From a virus (Duplodnaviria; Caudoviricetes): 64,000 bases of DNA. This document shows, piece by piece, positions 28,093 through 38,671 of this stretch; the stretch's first letter is position 1; the number at the start of each line of letters is the position of its first letter. The position numbers and the translations under genes are program-made. The stretch covers positions 3,745 through 67,744 of IMG/VR virus record IMGVR_UViG_3300025961_000001. One strand, written 5' to 3'. Under the pieces are notes generated by a model that saw only the letters and a program-made list of their open reading frames with translations, did no database searches and was not told where the DNA came from.

Positions 28093-29073
28093 ATGGCCAC
28101 AGTGATCCCAGTTTCTTTTCGAGTTGCGCCGTTTCCTGATAACGCTGATTACACGCCGCAGGAGTTTGCCGATGCGCTAGTGGCCAGACTTTCGATAGAA
28201 TCACCGACCACGATCTCTTTCTTCGTTTCGGGACCAACCGCACCCACAAGCAACGTAGGCCCGTGGCTTAAGAATGGAGTTACTTGGTACGTTTGGGATA
28301 CACCAACGGCTTCATATGTTCCTCAGGTAATTGAGAGCCAGAGCCTAAGATACATATTTCAGAACGGAGCACCGGATCACAATTTTTACACATTTTGGGG
28401 AAGTCTTAACGGAACCGGAAAGGCTCAGTCTATCCAATACTTTTGGAACGGAGATTGGCACGATGTTTACGAGGACACGTTTGCCCTGTACACAAAGACC
28501 GTGGACATGAACACGGCAATAGATAACAAGATTGCAACTGCGCTGGTTCCGTACTCTACGACGATTCAGATGAACACGGCCATTCAGGCGGCTGTTCAAG
28601 GAGTAGCCTTCGGTAAGGGCGCGTTCCAGGTTGTCATGGGGTCATCTCAACATCAGGCTATTGCTGTTTCTGATAGCGGCACGATTACGCCTATCTTCAA
28701 CGTGGTCACAGCAGATCCAGACGGCTGCTTCTCCGGCAGCAAATATACCTGCCCAGCCAACGGCTACTACATCTTCAACGTCATCCTTCAGGTAAATGCA
28801 GATGACTCGAACACAACTGACCTTGGAACTATCTGCAATATCCTTAAAAACGCTGGGGTAGGAATTGCTGGAAATGTACTCCAATCTCAAGCCGATCCAT
28901 CGGCAGCAATGGCCCAAGCGGTAACGGTGGGGCCCGTTCTCATGAATATTGGAGACCAAGTTTACGTTACCCTGGATTACACGATCACGGTAACGGCCCC
29001 GTCTGGCATCTTGGTTGGTGGCGGCGGTCCTGCCGGAGCACAGTTTAGCGGGCTAATGGTTCGAAGCGCATGA
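28093..29073 (+). CDS. Fibre-like protein with C-terminal C1q/BclA-like domain
   Basis: IFNVV..DPDGCF..SKYTCPANGYYIF...FSG; internal MNTAI repeat. Confidence 0.65.
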   Translation: MATVIPVSFRVAPFPDNADYTPQEFADALVARLSIESPTTISFFVSGPTAPTSNVGPWLKNGVTWYVWDTPTASYVPQVIESQSLRYIFQNGAPDHNFYTFWGSLNGTGKAQSIQYFWNGDWHDVYEDTFALYTKTVDMNTAIDNKIATALVPYSTTIQMNTAIQAAVQGVAFGKGAFQVVMGSSQHQAIAVSDSGTITPIFNVVTADPDGCFSGSKYTCPANGYYIFNVILQVNADDSNTTDLGTICNILKNAGVGIAGNVLQSQADPSAAMAQAVTVGPVLMNIGDQVYVTLDYTITVTAPSGILVGGGGPAGAQFSGLMVRSA

Positions 29074-29678
29074 TCAAGTCCTATCAAGTTTTCGATAATT
29101 TCTTAGACACGTCTGTCCTAGATATGCCAAGCTTGGTGCGCGACTCGGCTATTCATGCGGGCTTTGGAAACTGGATTCCAGGTAAAGACGAAACCTCGGC
29201 CAGCCTAGACGGCATGGGCTTTGGCGGAAATCACGCGATTCTCACAAAAGCGCTAATGAACGCTACGGGAGTTATCGCTGTTCCCAACCTGACACATTTT
29301 CGGCTAACGACGAAGCACACAGAGCGCGCCACGATTCACTCAGACGCACACGCGGCACCCTACACCTGCATAGCCTACCTTACGCAGAATAAAAATCAAG
29401 GGGCTACGGCATTCTGGAAGCACAAAGAAACTGGTCTAACTGCCCTTCCTGCTAATCTAAATCAAGAGACAGCTGCAATGCTCCGCGATGACATGGCGAA
29501 AAGCAGCATGGAAGACTGGGAAATTACCGACATCGTTAAGGGCGAGTATAACCGAGCGCTAGTTTTTAATGCACCGCTTTTTCACTGCCGATATCCAATG
29601 GAAGATCCGGGCACAGACCTTGAATCGGGTCGTTTAGTCTGGATTTGCCACTACTTCAACCTACAGGAGATGAAATGA
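29070..29678 (+). CDS. 2OG-Fe(II) oxygenase (DUF6445-like)
   Basis: VFDNFL, IHSD (HxD), YLT, GATAFW.H, YNRALVFNAPLFH, RLVW. Confidence 0.8.
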   Translation: MIKSYQVFDNFLDTSVLDMPSLVRDSAIHAGFGNWIPGKDETSASLDGMGFGGNHAILTKALMNATGVIAVPNLTHFRLTTKHTERATIHSDAHAAPYTCIAYLTQNKNQGATAFWKHKETGLTALPANLNQETAAMLRDDMAKSSMEDWEITDIVKGEYNRALVFNAPLFHCRYPMEDPGTDLESGRLVWICHYFNLQEMK

Positions 29679-30145
29679 GCGCCATAGAACTCACCGACTC
29701 CGAGAAGATCATGCGAGCGGTTAACTCCTCAAAGATCAACCGCCTAGAGGCATTGATGCAGGCAGGCTATCCTCCAGTCTACCCAGAGGTCACGCACCAC
29801 TTCACCAAAGGCGACGGTGTAAACGGGAAGATGTACGTTAGATCAATCCTAATGAAAAGGGGTATCTGCGTTACTTCTAAGATTCACACGTGGGAACATC
29901 CCTTCTTTGTTATGACTGGGTCTATGACCTGGTTCAATGAAGTCGAGGGCATGGACGAAGCTGTTCACATTCAGGCTCCTTACTTCGGCATAACTAAACC
30001 TGGAACGCGCCGCGCCATTCTAATTCATGAGGACGTGATTATGACCGCTTGCTATGCTACCGATCTAGAAGATGTGGCGGAGATTGAGCGGACAATAATC
30101 TATCCACACGAAGTTCCGCCTAACACTTTTGAACTGACACAATGA
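29675..30145 (+). CDS. Cupin-like protein
   Basis: HHF..YVRSI...TSKIH..EH, APY.GI.KPGTRR...HED. Confidence 0.7.
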   Translation: MSAIELTDSEKIMRAVNSSKINRLEALMQAGYPPVYPEVTHHFTKGDGVNGKMYVRSILMKRGICVTSKIHTWEHPFFVMTGSMTWFNEVEGMDEAVHIQAPYFGITKPGTRRAILIHEDVIMTACYATDLEDVAEIERTIIYPHEVPPNTFELTQ

Positions 30146-31233
30146 AACGATTTAAACAGGCGCATCAGAAACATACGGAAGAGATTGTTTCTAGTTATAG
30201 TTTGCAACAGCAACAAGTATGGGTCGCTGCAGGGGTAGCTGTAGTCGGAATAGCCGCAGGGACGGTGTCACAAGCGGACGCTAGCCGCAAGGCGCAGCAC
30301 GCGGCACAAGACGCAGCTAAGGCTGGGAAGGTTGACGTGAACGCCGTAGGGCAACAGGCAACAGATCAAGCGCTACAGAACTACAAGACCTCACGGGCAC
30401 TAGAACAGCAGTACACGCCAGAAGTTGCTAATCTTAGAACTAACTCGGTTCAGGATTTATTGGCCGCGCTTGGGCCAAATCAGTACAATCAGAGAGCGGG
30501 TCAGATCCTCATGAACCAGGGGAATGCGCAGAACTTTACTGCCGCGACTCCAGAAGGTTTACAGGCCGCAGCAAACGCCGCGCAAGCTAATCTCGCTTCG
30601 GGTAATACTCTGCCAACAGCAAGACTCTCTACGGAGATGAGTAATTTGGCAACGCGAAATGCGCTAGCTAATGCGGGAAACACTGCTCCTGGGTCTCTCT
30701 CTTTGGGCCGCGATTTGACGGCGCGTGATCTTGGACTAACGAGTCTTCAACTCGGTCAGCAAGCGCAGCAGAACTTGCTTAACCAGATCAATAGCGCGGC
30801 GAGCACGGGACAGGCGTTAGGTAACTTTAATCTCGCTAACAATCAACAGCAGATTGGGCAGAGTCAATTCGCACAACAGAACGCACTCCAGCAAGCAGCA
30901 GCGTTACAAGCCCTGAGTGCTGGAGACTTTGCAAAGTATCTGAGTGCGGCCCAGTTTGGTCAAAGCATCCAGTCGCCTATTGTCGGACTTGATCCCAGTG
31001 CCGTAGCTAACCTGAGTGTCGGCAATTCTAATTTGGCGGCGAACGCCGGGCAGCAATCGGCAGCATTCAAAGCTCAGCAGGGAAATAACTACGCTCAACT
31101 CTTAGGTCAACTTGGCGGCGTTGGAGCTGGTGCTATTTCAAGCTACAATAAGCAGCAAAGTAGCTATCCATCGTATAATGCTGGTGGATCTTCAACCGGC
31201 ACGGCATATGATTTTACAAATAAGTCAGATTAA
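30142..31233 (+). CDS. DNA ejection / internal virion protein (P22 gp7-like)
   Basis: WVAAGVAVVG hydrophobic N-region, Q/A/N-rich body. Confidence 0.65.
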   Translation: MKRFKQAHQKHTEEIVSSYSLQQQQVWVAAGVAVVGIAAGTVSQADASRKAQHAAQDAAKAGKVDVNAVGQQATDQALQNYKTSRALEQQYTPEVANLRTNSVQDLLAALGPNQYNQRAGQILMNQGNAQNFTAATPEGLQAAANAAQANLASGNTLPTARLSTEMSNLATRNALANAGNTAPGSLSLGRDLTARDLGLTSLQLGQQAQQNLLNQINSAASTGQALGNFNLANNQQQIGQSQFAQQNALQQAAALQALSAGDFAKYLSAAQFGQSIQSPIVGLDPSAVANLSVGNSNLAANAGQQSAAFKAQQGNNYAQLLGQLGGVGAGAISSYNKQQSSYPSYNAGGSSTGTAYDFTNKSD

Positions 31234-31244
31234 AAATAAATAAC

Positions 31245-32345
31245 ATGGCTAGCACGAGTGGCTTCGGCGTCCAAGTGATGCCAAATATTCAATTCGCTGA
31301 TGGAGCGCAATTGGCTGGGCGTGGACCAGGCGAGGCTATTGCTGGGTTTAATTCTGGCATTGGAGCCGTAAACGCCATTCAGAATACGCGGCAGAAAGCT
31401 ATTCTTGCGCCAATTGAGCAGGAAGCTGCGAGGGCACGTTTGGCACAAATCCAGGCCGAAACTGAATTGGCTCAGGCCCAAGCACCATATCGTGCCGCAT
31501 TGGCTAGGATTGAAACGGCCAAAGCGAGCCAACCGTTCAGGACAAAGCAGGGAGAATCTATTGTTCAGGTTCCTAGGCTGGACGCGAACGGACAACCGAC
31601 GGGACAGTATGATCAAGTAATTCAGGAAAGCGGTGTGCAATACGATCCAGTTACGGGTACAAGCAGTCCATACACGGCAAACATGAAGCCGCTGGTTACG
31701 GCTGAAACGGCTGCGCTAAATAATTCCCTTATAGGTTCTCGACAATCTACTGCGGAATATCAGCAAGACCAAGCTGCTGCGAGAGCCGAGGCTAACAGAA
31801 TTGCTGCGCTTAACGCTCAGACCAATCAGGATCGGGCTAAGGCTCAGGCTGACTTGTATGCTCAGAGAATCAACCATTACAAGGCCCTTGAGGCGCAAGG
31901 TAAGGTTCAGATCTTTCAGACAGTAGACGCCAATGGCAATTTGGTTCTAAATCCTGTAGACGTTAAAACGCGGCAGGCGCTCCCTCCTATCAGTCTGAAC
32001 GCTAAACCGAATCGTTCGGTTGATCCGTTTGCGGCAATGATGTCAGGAGATGGTAAGGTGGGTGCCGTTAAGCCAAAGAGTGAGAGTATGGCAACAGCAG
32101 CCACGAATTGGGTGAAGAATAAGATCAATTCATTCACTTCGCCGTCTCCCGCTGCGGATCAACCAGTGACTACGCTTCCCATAATTCCGGCTGGTTCCGT
32201 TGGCCAAGCACCACCAAACCCTGGACCTCCAGACATTCCAGATGACAGTGAGATCGATAATCTCCTCGGGTTTAATCCGACTCCAGTAGCTCAGCCTAAT
32301 GCAGCTCCCGTGTCGCCCTACAAAATTCGTGTGGTTAAACCCTAA
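31245..32345 (+). CDS. Internal virion / ejection protein
   Basis: A/Q-rich helical protein between ejection genes. Confidence 0.6.
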   Translation: MASTSGFGVQVMPNIQFADGAQLAGRGPGEAIAGFNSGIGAVNAIQNTRQKAILAPIEQEAARARLAQIQAETELAQAQAPYRAALARIETAKASQPFRTKQGESIVQVPRLDANGQPTGQYDQVIQESGVQYDPVTGTSSPYTANMKPLVTAETAALNNSLIGSRQSTAEYQQDQAAARAEANRIAALNAQTNQDRAKAQADLYAQRINHYKALEAQGKVQIFQTVDANGNLVLNPVDVKTRQALPPISLNAKPNRSVDPFAAMMSGDGKVGAVKPKSESMATAATNWVKNKINSFTSPSPAADQPVTTLPIIPAGSVGQAPPNPGPPDIPDDSEIDNLLGFNPTPVAQPNAAPVSPYKIRVVKP

Positions 32346-35300
32346 TGCCTACTTATGAGGTAACAGGTCCCTCCGGTACGGTCATTGAAATGGAGGGAGC
32401 TAATCCGCCCAGCCAAGCGGATATTGATGCCGCGTTTGCGAGTATCCAACAAACAGCTTCGCCTGCGGCACCGACTTCGTCTGGTGGTGCTGATTTGGCG
32501 AGGATGGCAAGTGCTGCTTATAACGCGCCTGCTCCTAATATCGGAGCAAATCTAAACCTCCGTGATGCTCGTGCAGCAGGAGGACAGACCTTAAGCTTAT
32601 CTCAGGCTAGCCCAATTGCTCGTGAACGTGCGTATGATGTCCTTGGCGGGATTACTGGTCAAGGCGGATCTGAAGCCGCGCAGTTCACTAAGGAGTTTAG
32701 GGCAGCGCCAGTAGGCCAAGCGTTTCAAGACCGAGATCTAGGCGCTATCGTTAAGACTGGCGACAATACTTTTAGGCGTGTTGGCCAAGCTCCGCAGCGT
32801 GAACAAACGGAAGGGGATATTTCTACCCAACTTTTAAATCAGGTATCCAACGCAGATATCGGTGGCGCTCTTAGTACGCTTCAACCCGGATTTAACCGAG
32901 CTGGTAATCTGGCTGTCCGTAGCGGTGGATTGGTTGCGTCAACGCTTGCTCCAGAGCTTAGACTCCCAGGGCTTATTCTTGGATCTACGGGTGAACTAGC
33001 GGGCCAAGCAATCGACGCTGAAAGCGCGGGGCAAGATCCACTCAATTGGCGTAACTACAGTTTACCAGGTATAGTTGGTGCTGGTTTAGTGAGTACAGTT
33101 GGATCTGGCGCTACGGCTCCTACGCTTAGGCAGGCGGCAGCACAAGGCCTCCTTGAGGGTGGTGCGCTAGAGGCTCCGTATCAACTATCGAGTTTAACGG
33201 CTGGACCAACGCAGCCTGAAATTGATCCTAATACGGGACTACCTATTGGCGCGGCTAAATACGAAGGAAACGCTACGGATCTACTACCTACGCTAGCCAT
33301 GGGCCTAGGTGCTCGTGGAGGTCACGCTATTGCGAACGCTATTTCAGATCTAAGAAATCCTCGTTTGCCGCAAATTGAGTCTGCTCCAGCTAGCTACACG
33401 GACCAAGGAATAATCAATGCTCAGGCGGCGCGGCAAGCTGAAGGCAACGCGGCACTTGCTGACGCATTTCAAGGCGAACAACGAGCGCTACAGGGCATAG
33501 ATACAGGCTATCAGAATGCCGTAGAGCTACAGGCTCCAGTCCAAGCGCAGAACGTTCTTGATGCCGCCGAAGCACAAGGAGCAGTTAACGCACAGAGACA
33601 GGGTGCGATTCTGGATAACCCGGCTACGCCGCAAAGCGCTCAAGCACTTCGAGAGCAATTAGCACTTGAACAGCAAGCGGCTGATCGTGCAGTGCAGCAG
33701 CAGAATATTTTGAGACAGGCGTCTGGCCTGGATTTACAGGAAGCAATGCGGGCTAATCAGATTCAGCCTAGCACGCTTACGCCGATTGAAACCTCTCCTC
33801 AAGAACTGGCAGCTAGGCAGATTAGAGAACTGGACGCTCAACGGGCTACCGCGCTTCCGTTAAACGCTGAGCTTTCATCTCAGGCCAATAGGATGAACGA
33901 GCAATACGGGCGGGCGCTTCCTATTGCTCTTCCGACAATTGCTGGCGTAGGTGTTGGTGGTGCTATTGGATCAACGCAAGGCGATACGCCACAAGAGCGA
34001 TTTCAAAATACAGTTCTTGGTGCTGTTGGTGGTGGTCTGCTTGGCGCGGGCGGAACGGCTGCTGCTCGGCTAGCTCAACCAGAGCTTAATGCTGGCGAAC
34101 AGGTATTGGCTAAAGCGGCTAAGCCACCGAGTCTAGCCAACATTGTAGCTGAAACTGCTTCTCACGTCGAAGGAAGTCCTGCTAGTACGCAGGCCGCAGC
34201 TAATGCGCTCACTCAGACTCCAAAACTACCTACGATCTCAGAGGCTACCGCGCAGCAATCGGCATTGGTTCAAGGTCTTAAGGAGATGGGGTATAGCGAT
34301 AACGACATTGTCGATATAAAACGTAACAACACACCTGAAAAAATCAGTGAAACCATTAATCGTAACCCTAGTAACACTAGGGTCGCAATATTGAACGAAG
34401 AGGGGAATGTTGTTGGTCAAAGCGAAGACCTATTCCAAAAAATTAAGGCATATAAAAGCGCGTATCCGTCCGAGATGACTGGAGAAGAATTTAATCGTCT
34501 ACGTCAACAAGATCAAATTGGAGGAAATCAAAATGCCATTCAAAAGCAAAGCGCAACAAGCGAAGTGTTACGCCCTGAAAGCACAGGGGAAAGCGGGAAA
34601 TTGGAACTGCCTAGCGTGGAGTCACGAAACGCCCAATCAGAAATCGTTGCCGGAACACAAGCCCTCGACCAAGCAATCCAAAACATCGAACAAGCACCGC
34701 CGCTAAAGCCGCTGCCCGAAGACACAGAGTTTCTGTATGAGCAAAAGTATGACACCAAGTCAGGGCCAAAGTCCGAGCGGTATTACCAGGTTGACCGAAC
34801 GCCCGACAATCCAAGAGGAAGAACTGTTGATGAAGCAACCCTGCGCTCGGAGGGGTACGATACTTCTGGACTCCCAGGACCCGAAGAGAATCCAGCAAAT
34901 TCTGGATCTTCTCAATTCTCGGGTGCTATTGGAGCTGGCGGAACTCAAGGCGCAGTCACAGGAAAAGCGTTAGGCATACTTGCCGGTGGCGCTACCGGCG
35001 GCACGCTTGGCTTTCTTGGGTCCAACGAGAAAGACGATAAGCTAGTCCACGCTGTAGCCGGGGCAATCATTGGCGGAATCGGCGCTGCTGCTTTGATGAA
35101 AGGGGCGGACGCCATAACCAGGGCCAAGGTTGGGCAAGAACTAGATGTTCTGCGCCGCAACATAATCAATGAGAATATCCCGCGCTTAAGGAACGCATCG
35201 GAAGAATCCGCTAATGCTGTGTTTCGTTATGCCAATGCGCCACAGGCGGCCGAGGACGTAGCGAAAGACATGCAGGCTAGGGTGCTTGGAAGTCAGTATA

Positions 35301-37750
35301 AAAGCCCGGAGTTCTCAAAGAGGCTAGGTTCTGTTTGGGTCGAAGAACAGCAGAGGGGGCTAAAAAATAGTTTGGAGGAGGCCGCAAACAACGCGTCCAC
35401 TCCAGAGGAAGCTGCGCAGCTACGCAAGCAGGCATCTAAAGTAGTAAGCACAATTGGGCGTGAAAGCGTATTCAAGAATGAGGCCGAATTTCAGGCCGCG
35501 TTAAATGATCCACAGATCAAACAGGCCAACGAGATTTTTAAGCAGACCGTTCAGCCCGCAGCCGAGGCGCGTCATTTGCTCACGGGCGGATTTGATTCCA
35601 GAGAAGAGTATGAGGCCGCGATTCAAGAAGCGCTAAAAAACGGAGATCCACTTCCAACTGTAAAGCTTGCTGCCCCAGGACCAAATACTGGAGTTTTCAT
35701 AAACCAGCAGCCAATATTTGAAGAGGCTAAAGAAGTTACTGGCGGATCATCGCCAAAGGGCAACCTCCGAAATCCGCTTCAGCGCCGGTCTGCATTTTCT
35801 AAAGTTCGTAAGGGCACCGCAGAAGAGTACAACATTGACGCCAATAGCCTGATTGATCGGATGGTCAAAGGTAACTATGAGGATGCTGCTAAGCGGAACA
35901 TGTATACACAGCTTGAAAAAGACGGGCTGGGTGTAGCGTTACCTCCCGGAGAGAGACCAGCCGACTTAGATACTGGCCGTTACGGTGGATCTATCCCTAT
36001 TGAGCAACGTGGATCTGGGAGTGAGAATATCCAATTTTGGCCAGATAAATCTATTGAAAGAGAGCTACGCACAGCTCTGAACACGGATGGACCGTTGAGC
36101 AAAGCAGGGATAGCTCATCAATTGCGCGGAGCAATGAACCTGATTCAGATGCGCGGTCTAACCGATCCGGTTGTGCACGGGGCCAACATTATTGCTGGTA
36201 TCGCGTCTGCTCCCGGTGGAGAAAACTTCCTTACTCAAGTGTTTAGGGGCATGCCGATAGCATCCTCGTTCGATGCTCTTGGAAAAGTGGGGATGAAGGT
36301 TGTTGACCTTATCAAGGACACCCCAGAAATCCGGTCGCAAATTGCCAATCTTTCTGAAATCGGAAGCATTAGGCCGGTCTACGAAGGGGACACAAATCGT
36401 ATCAGTCGATTCCTCCACACGGTAGACAAAGCCGGTAGGTTGGCCTTAGATGATCTGTATCAGACCTTGGTTGATCGTGGATTGGTCCAAGAGTCAGAAG
36501 CTGGTAGGCGCGACTTTGCCAATAGGATTGGTCAGTACAATAGCCGTTTGCTTGGCAAGTATGACGCTATCCTAAAGGAGTCTGGATTATCGCCGTTCCT
36601 GGTTGCTGGTAAAAACTTCAATTCTATTGGCCTTAAACAAGTCGGAGCACTTGGCGGGCTATCCACTGGAGGAGTGAAGGCTGCGTCCAAAGCAGCAAGC
36701 TTGCAGCTTAGGGCAGCACAGACAATCGGAGCCTACAGCACACTTGTCGCCATTCCAGCGGTGATTAACTATCTGGCCTGGGGAGATCCGGGCGGACCAG
36801 AAGGAACCCCACTTGGTAAGATTGCACTAAATGAAAGTGACGATGGAAAGCGCTACTACTTTGATCCTGCACAGCTCACACTTCTTCGGCGCGGACTTCG
36901 CAGTACAGGCCTGCAAGCGGTCCTAACCGGCGCACAAACTGGCGACAATCTAAACAACGTAGGTGGTCAAGCATGGCGAGACGTAAGAAACGCGCTCATT
37001 CACCCATACGCTGGTCCAGTCCCAACCGCTGCAGTCACCGCTTTAACGGGATATAACCCAACATTCCATCGCGTAGCGGAGACCGTAACCCCTATTGGTC
37101 AAAGCCCAGACACGCTAAGGCAGCTTGGAGCTAATGCGAGTGCCGCGTTTAGAAACCTAAATCCGGTTCAAGGAGCCTTCGCGGAATCAGCTACGCCTAA
37201 AGCTGGAGAAGAGGCGTTTGGCCCAGGAGAATCAATTCTACCTGGAGTCGGAAACATGCTCATGGATCTTGCTGGCGCTGGTGGTCTGCGTAGGGCGACA
37301 CCGCTGAGTGAAGATACGGGCGCGCTTCACGAGGCTCAAGACGAACGCTTCGAGGCCAACAGAAACCGCAAGAAGCTTATCGAGTCAATTATCGCAGGAA
37401 GCACAGACGCCAATGGCCAACTGGATCTGTCTCAGGTTCGGGCGCACATTCAAATGCCAGAGATTCAACAGGCGATCCGAGAGAACCCACTGCAAGCCCA
37501 GCTTCTCAAGAACGAGATTCGTACCGCAGTTAAACAAAAACTCCAAGGCCAACAGAAGTCAGACGTTGAAAGTAAGTTCAATGTCGCTGAAGGAGAACGT
37601 GCCCAGTTTTACCTGAACCGAATCTCGAATCTTTCGCCAGAAGAAGCGCAACAGTACCTGCGAGATCAGAAGGCAAAAGGATATTTGACTAGGAAGGTCT
37701 TGCAACAAATGAATTATTTACGATCGAGACAACCCGCTGGTGTTCCGTGA
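32345..37750 (+). CDS. Large internal virion / ejection protein (1801 aa)
   Basis: MPTYEVTGPSG...EG.NPPSQ N-terminus, glycine-zipper hydrophobic hairpins, last in ejection cluster. Confidence 0.75.
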   Translation: MPTYEVTGPSGTVIEMEGANPPSQADIDAAFASIQQTASPAAPTSSGGADLARMASAAYNAPAPNIGANLNLRDARAAGGQTLSLSQASPIARERAYDVLGGITGQGGSEAAQFTKEFRAAPVGQAFQDRDLGAIVKTGDNTFRRVGQAPQREQTEGDISTQLLNQVSNADIGGALSTLQPGFNRAGNLAVRSGGLVASTLAPELRLPGLILGSTGELAGQAIDAESAGQDPLNWRNYSLPGIVGAGLVSTVGSGATAPTLRQAAAQGLLEGGALEAPYQLSSLTAGPTQPEIDPNTGLPIGAAKYEGNATDLLPTLAMGLGARGGHAIANAISDLRNPRLPQIESAPASYTDQGIINAQAARQAEGNAALADAFQGEQRALQGIDTGYQNAVELQAPVQAQNVLDAAEAQGAVNAQRQGAILDNPATPQSAQALREQLALEQQAADRAVQQQNILRQASGLDLQEAMRANQIQPSTLTPIETSPQELAARQIRELDAQRATALPLNAELSSQANRMNEQYGRALPIALPTIAGVGVGGAIGSTQGDTPQERFQNTVLGAVGGGLLGAGGTAAARLAQPELNAGEQVLAKAAKPPSLANIVAETASHVEGSPASTQAAANALTQTPKLPTISEATAQQSALVQGLKEMGYSDNDIVDIKRNNTPEKISETINRNPSNTRVAILNEEGNVVGQSEDLFQKIKAYKSAYPSEMTGEEFNRLRQQDQIGGNQNAIQKQSATSEVLRPESTGESGKLELPSVESRNAQSEIVAGTQALDQAIQNIEQAPPLKPLPEDTEFLYEQKYDTKSGPKSERYYQVDRTPDNPRGRTVDEATLRSEGYDTSGLPGPEENPANSGSSQFSGAIGAGGTQGAVTGKALGILAGGATGGTLGFLGSNEKDDKLVHAVAGAIIGGIGAAALMKGADAITRAKVGQELDVLRRNIINENIPRLRNASEESANAVFRYANAPQAAEDVAKDMQARVLGSQYKSPEFSKRLGSVWVEEQQRGLKNSLEEAANNASTPEEAAQLRKQASKVVSTIGRESVFKNEAEFQAALNDPQIKQANEIFKQTVQPAAEARHLLTGGFDSREEYEAAIQEALKNGDPLPTVKLAAPGPNTGVFINQQPIFEEAKEVTGGSSPKGNLRNPLQRRSAFSKVRKGTAEEYNIDANSLIDRMVKGNYEDAAKRNMYTQLEKDGLGVALPPGERPADLDTGRYGGSIPIEQRGSGSENIQFWPDKSIERELRTALNTDGPLSKAGIAHQLRGAMNLIQMRGLTDPVVHGANIIAGIASAPGGENFLTQVFRGMPIASSFDALGKVGMKVVDLIKDTPEIRSQIANLSEIGSIRPVYEGDTNRISRFLHTVDKAGRLALDDLYQTLVDRGLVQESEAGRRDFANRIGQYNSRLLGKYDAILKESGLSPFLVAGKNFNSIGLKQVGALGGLSTGGVKAASKAASLQLRAAQTIGAYSTLVAIPAVINYLAWGDPGGPEGTPLGKIALNESDDGKRYYFDPAQLTLLRRGLRSTGLQAVLTGAQTGDNLNNVGGQAWRDVRNALIHPYAGPVPTAAVTALTGYNPTFHRVAETVTPIGQSPDTLRQLGANASAAFRNLNPVQGAFAESATPKAGEEAFGPGESILPGVGNMLMDLAGAGGLRRATPLSEDTGALHEAQDERFEANRNRKKLIESIIAGSTDANGQLDLSQVRAHIQMPEIQQAIRENPLQAQLLKNEIRTAVKQKLQGQQKSDVESKFNVAEGERAQFYLNRISNLSPEEAQQYLRDQKAKGYLTRKVLQQMNYLRSRQPAGVP
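34533..34706 (+). CDS. Small basic protein overprinted in an alternative frame of the ejection gene
   Basis: GGAGG at 34520-34524, 8 nt before ATG; MPFKSKAQQAKCYALKAQGKAGNWNCLAWSHETPNQKSLPEHK. Confidence 0.65.
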   Translation: MPFKSKAQQAKCYALKAQGKAGNWNCLAWSHETPNQKSLPEHKPSTKQSKTSNKHRR

Positions 37751-37783
37751 AGGTTTGATCGTTCGTTCAGATTAGTTTATTGC

Positions 37784-37811
37784 TTGACTCTGATTGCGCA
37801 ATCGAAATGAT
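37784..37811 (+). promoter_or_regulatory. Putative promoter with palindromic operator GATTGCGCAATC
   Basis: TTGACT at 37784; palindrome 37792-37803 in spacer; ATG at 37820. Confidence 0.5.
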
Positions 37812-37819
37812 TCGCGTCA

Positions 37820-38671
37820 ATGAGTACAGCATTATTGACGATTAAGCAAATTAAGGAGATGCCAGCAATGGTGATTCCGGGTGTTCAAGGAACACTTGTT
37901 GAAGTAAAGGAGCACAAGCAGGTGCAAGGTGCTAAGGGGCCTACCACAGTACAAAGCTTCAAAATCCAGGAAGGAAATGACTGGCTGTTTGGAGACGCCT
38001 GGGGCATGCAGGACTTATCGCCGTGGCGCGGGCAGCACGTTATCTTCGTCTCCAATAAGACGGGGAACAACAAGATCGCTGGGGTACAGATTAAGGAGAA
38101 GCCGAGCCAGGATGGATCCAAGACGTACAAGAATCTGAGCATATCTGGCGTGGCCACGCTGCACGACAAAGATACCTACGAATCCAGCAAGGGCGTTCCA
38201 GCTCCGCAACAGCAGGCTCCGGTCGCGGCACCACCACAAGCTCAGCAGCAAGCGCCGTTCGTGCCTAAGCCTGCGATAAAGCAACCGCCGCAGAAAGATA
38301 TGCCATTGATGACCTACGCACAGGCGTTTCCTAATTCAGTTAACGGTCAGACTGTGGGTATGAGCGTTAAGGCGGCAATTGATATTCTGATTGCATCTGG
38401 AGCCGTTAAAGACGGTAAGTTTGCTGACGATGCTTTGTTCGATGCCGTTCACCGCTTAGCTTCTGGGATCATTGGCGTTTCCCAACGACTGGAGCGCGGA
38501 CACCTTTGGTCACCTGACCCGTCGCCAAGTCCCGCCTACACGCAAGCAGACACAGCAGGCATTGAATCCTTTGAGCGCGCTATTCCACAGCCGCGATCTA
38601 AACCGACTCCCGGGCCTGGCGGCTCAGCCTTCCAAGCTAGCCAAGACGACGGAGAGGACGTGCCATTCTGA
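37820..38671 (+). CDS. Single-stranded DNA-binding protein
   Basis: OB-like N-terminus, P/Q linker, acidic C-terminus DDGEDVPF. Confidence 0.7.
   Translation: MSTALLTIKQIKEMPAMVIPGVQGTLVEVKEHKQVQGAKGPTTVQSFKIQEGNDWLFGDAWGMQDLSPWRGQHVIFVSNKTGNNKIAGVQIKEKPSQDGSKTYKNLSISGVATLHDKDTYESSKGVPAPQQQAPVAAPPQAQQQAPFVPKPAIKQPPQKDMPLMTYAQAFPNSVNGQTVGMSVKAAIDILIASGAVKDGKFADDALFDAVHRLASGIIGVSQRLERGHLWSPDPSPSPAYTQADTAGIESFERAIPQPRSKPTPGPGGSAFQASQDDGEDVPF

Noticed and set aside
16262-29073. Diversity-generating retroelement acting on fibre genes
   Set aside because: No reverse transcriptase and no template/variable repeat pair seen
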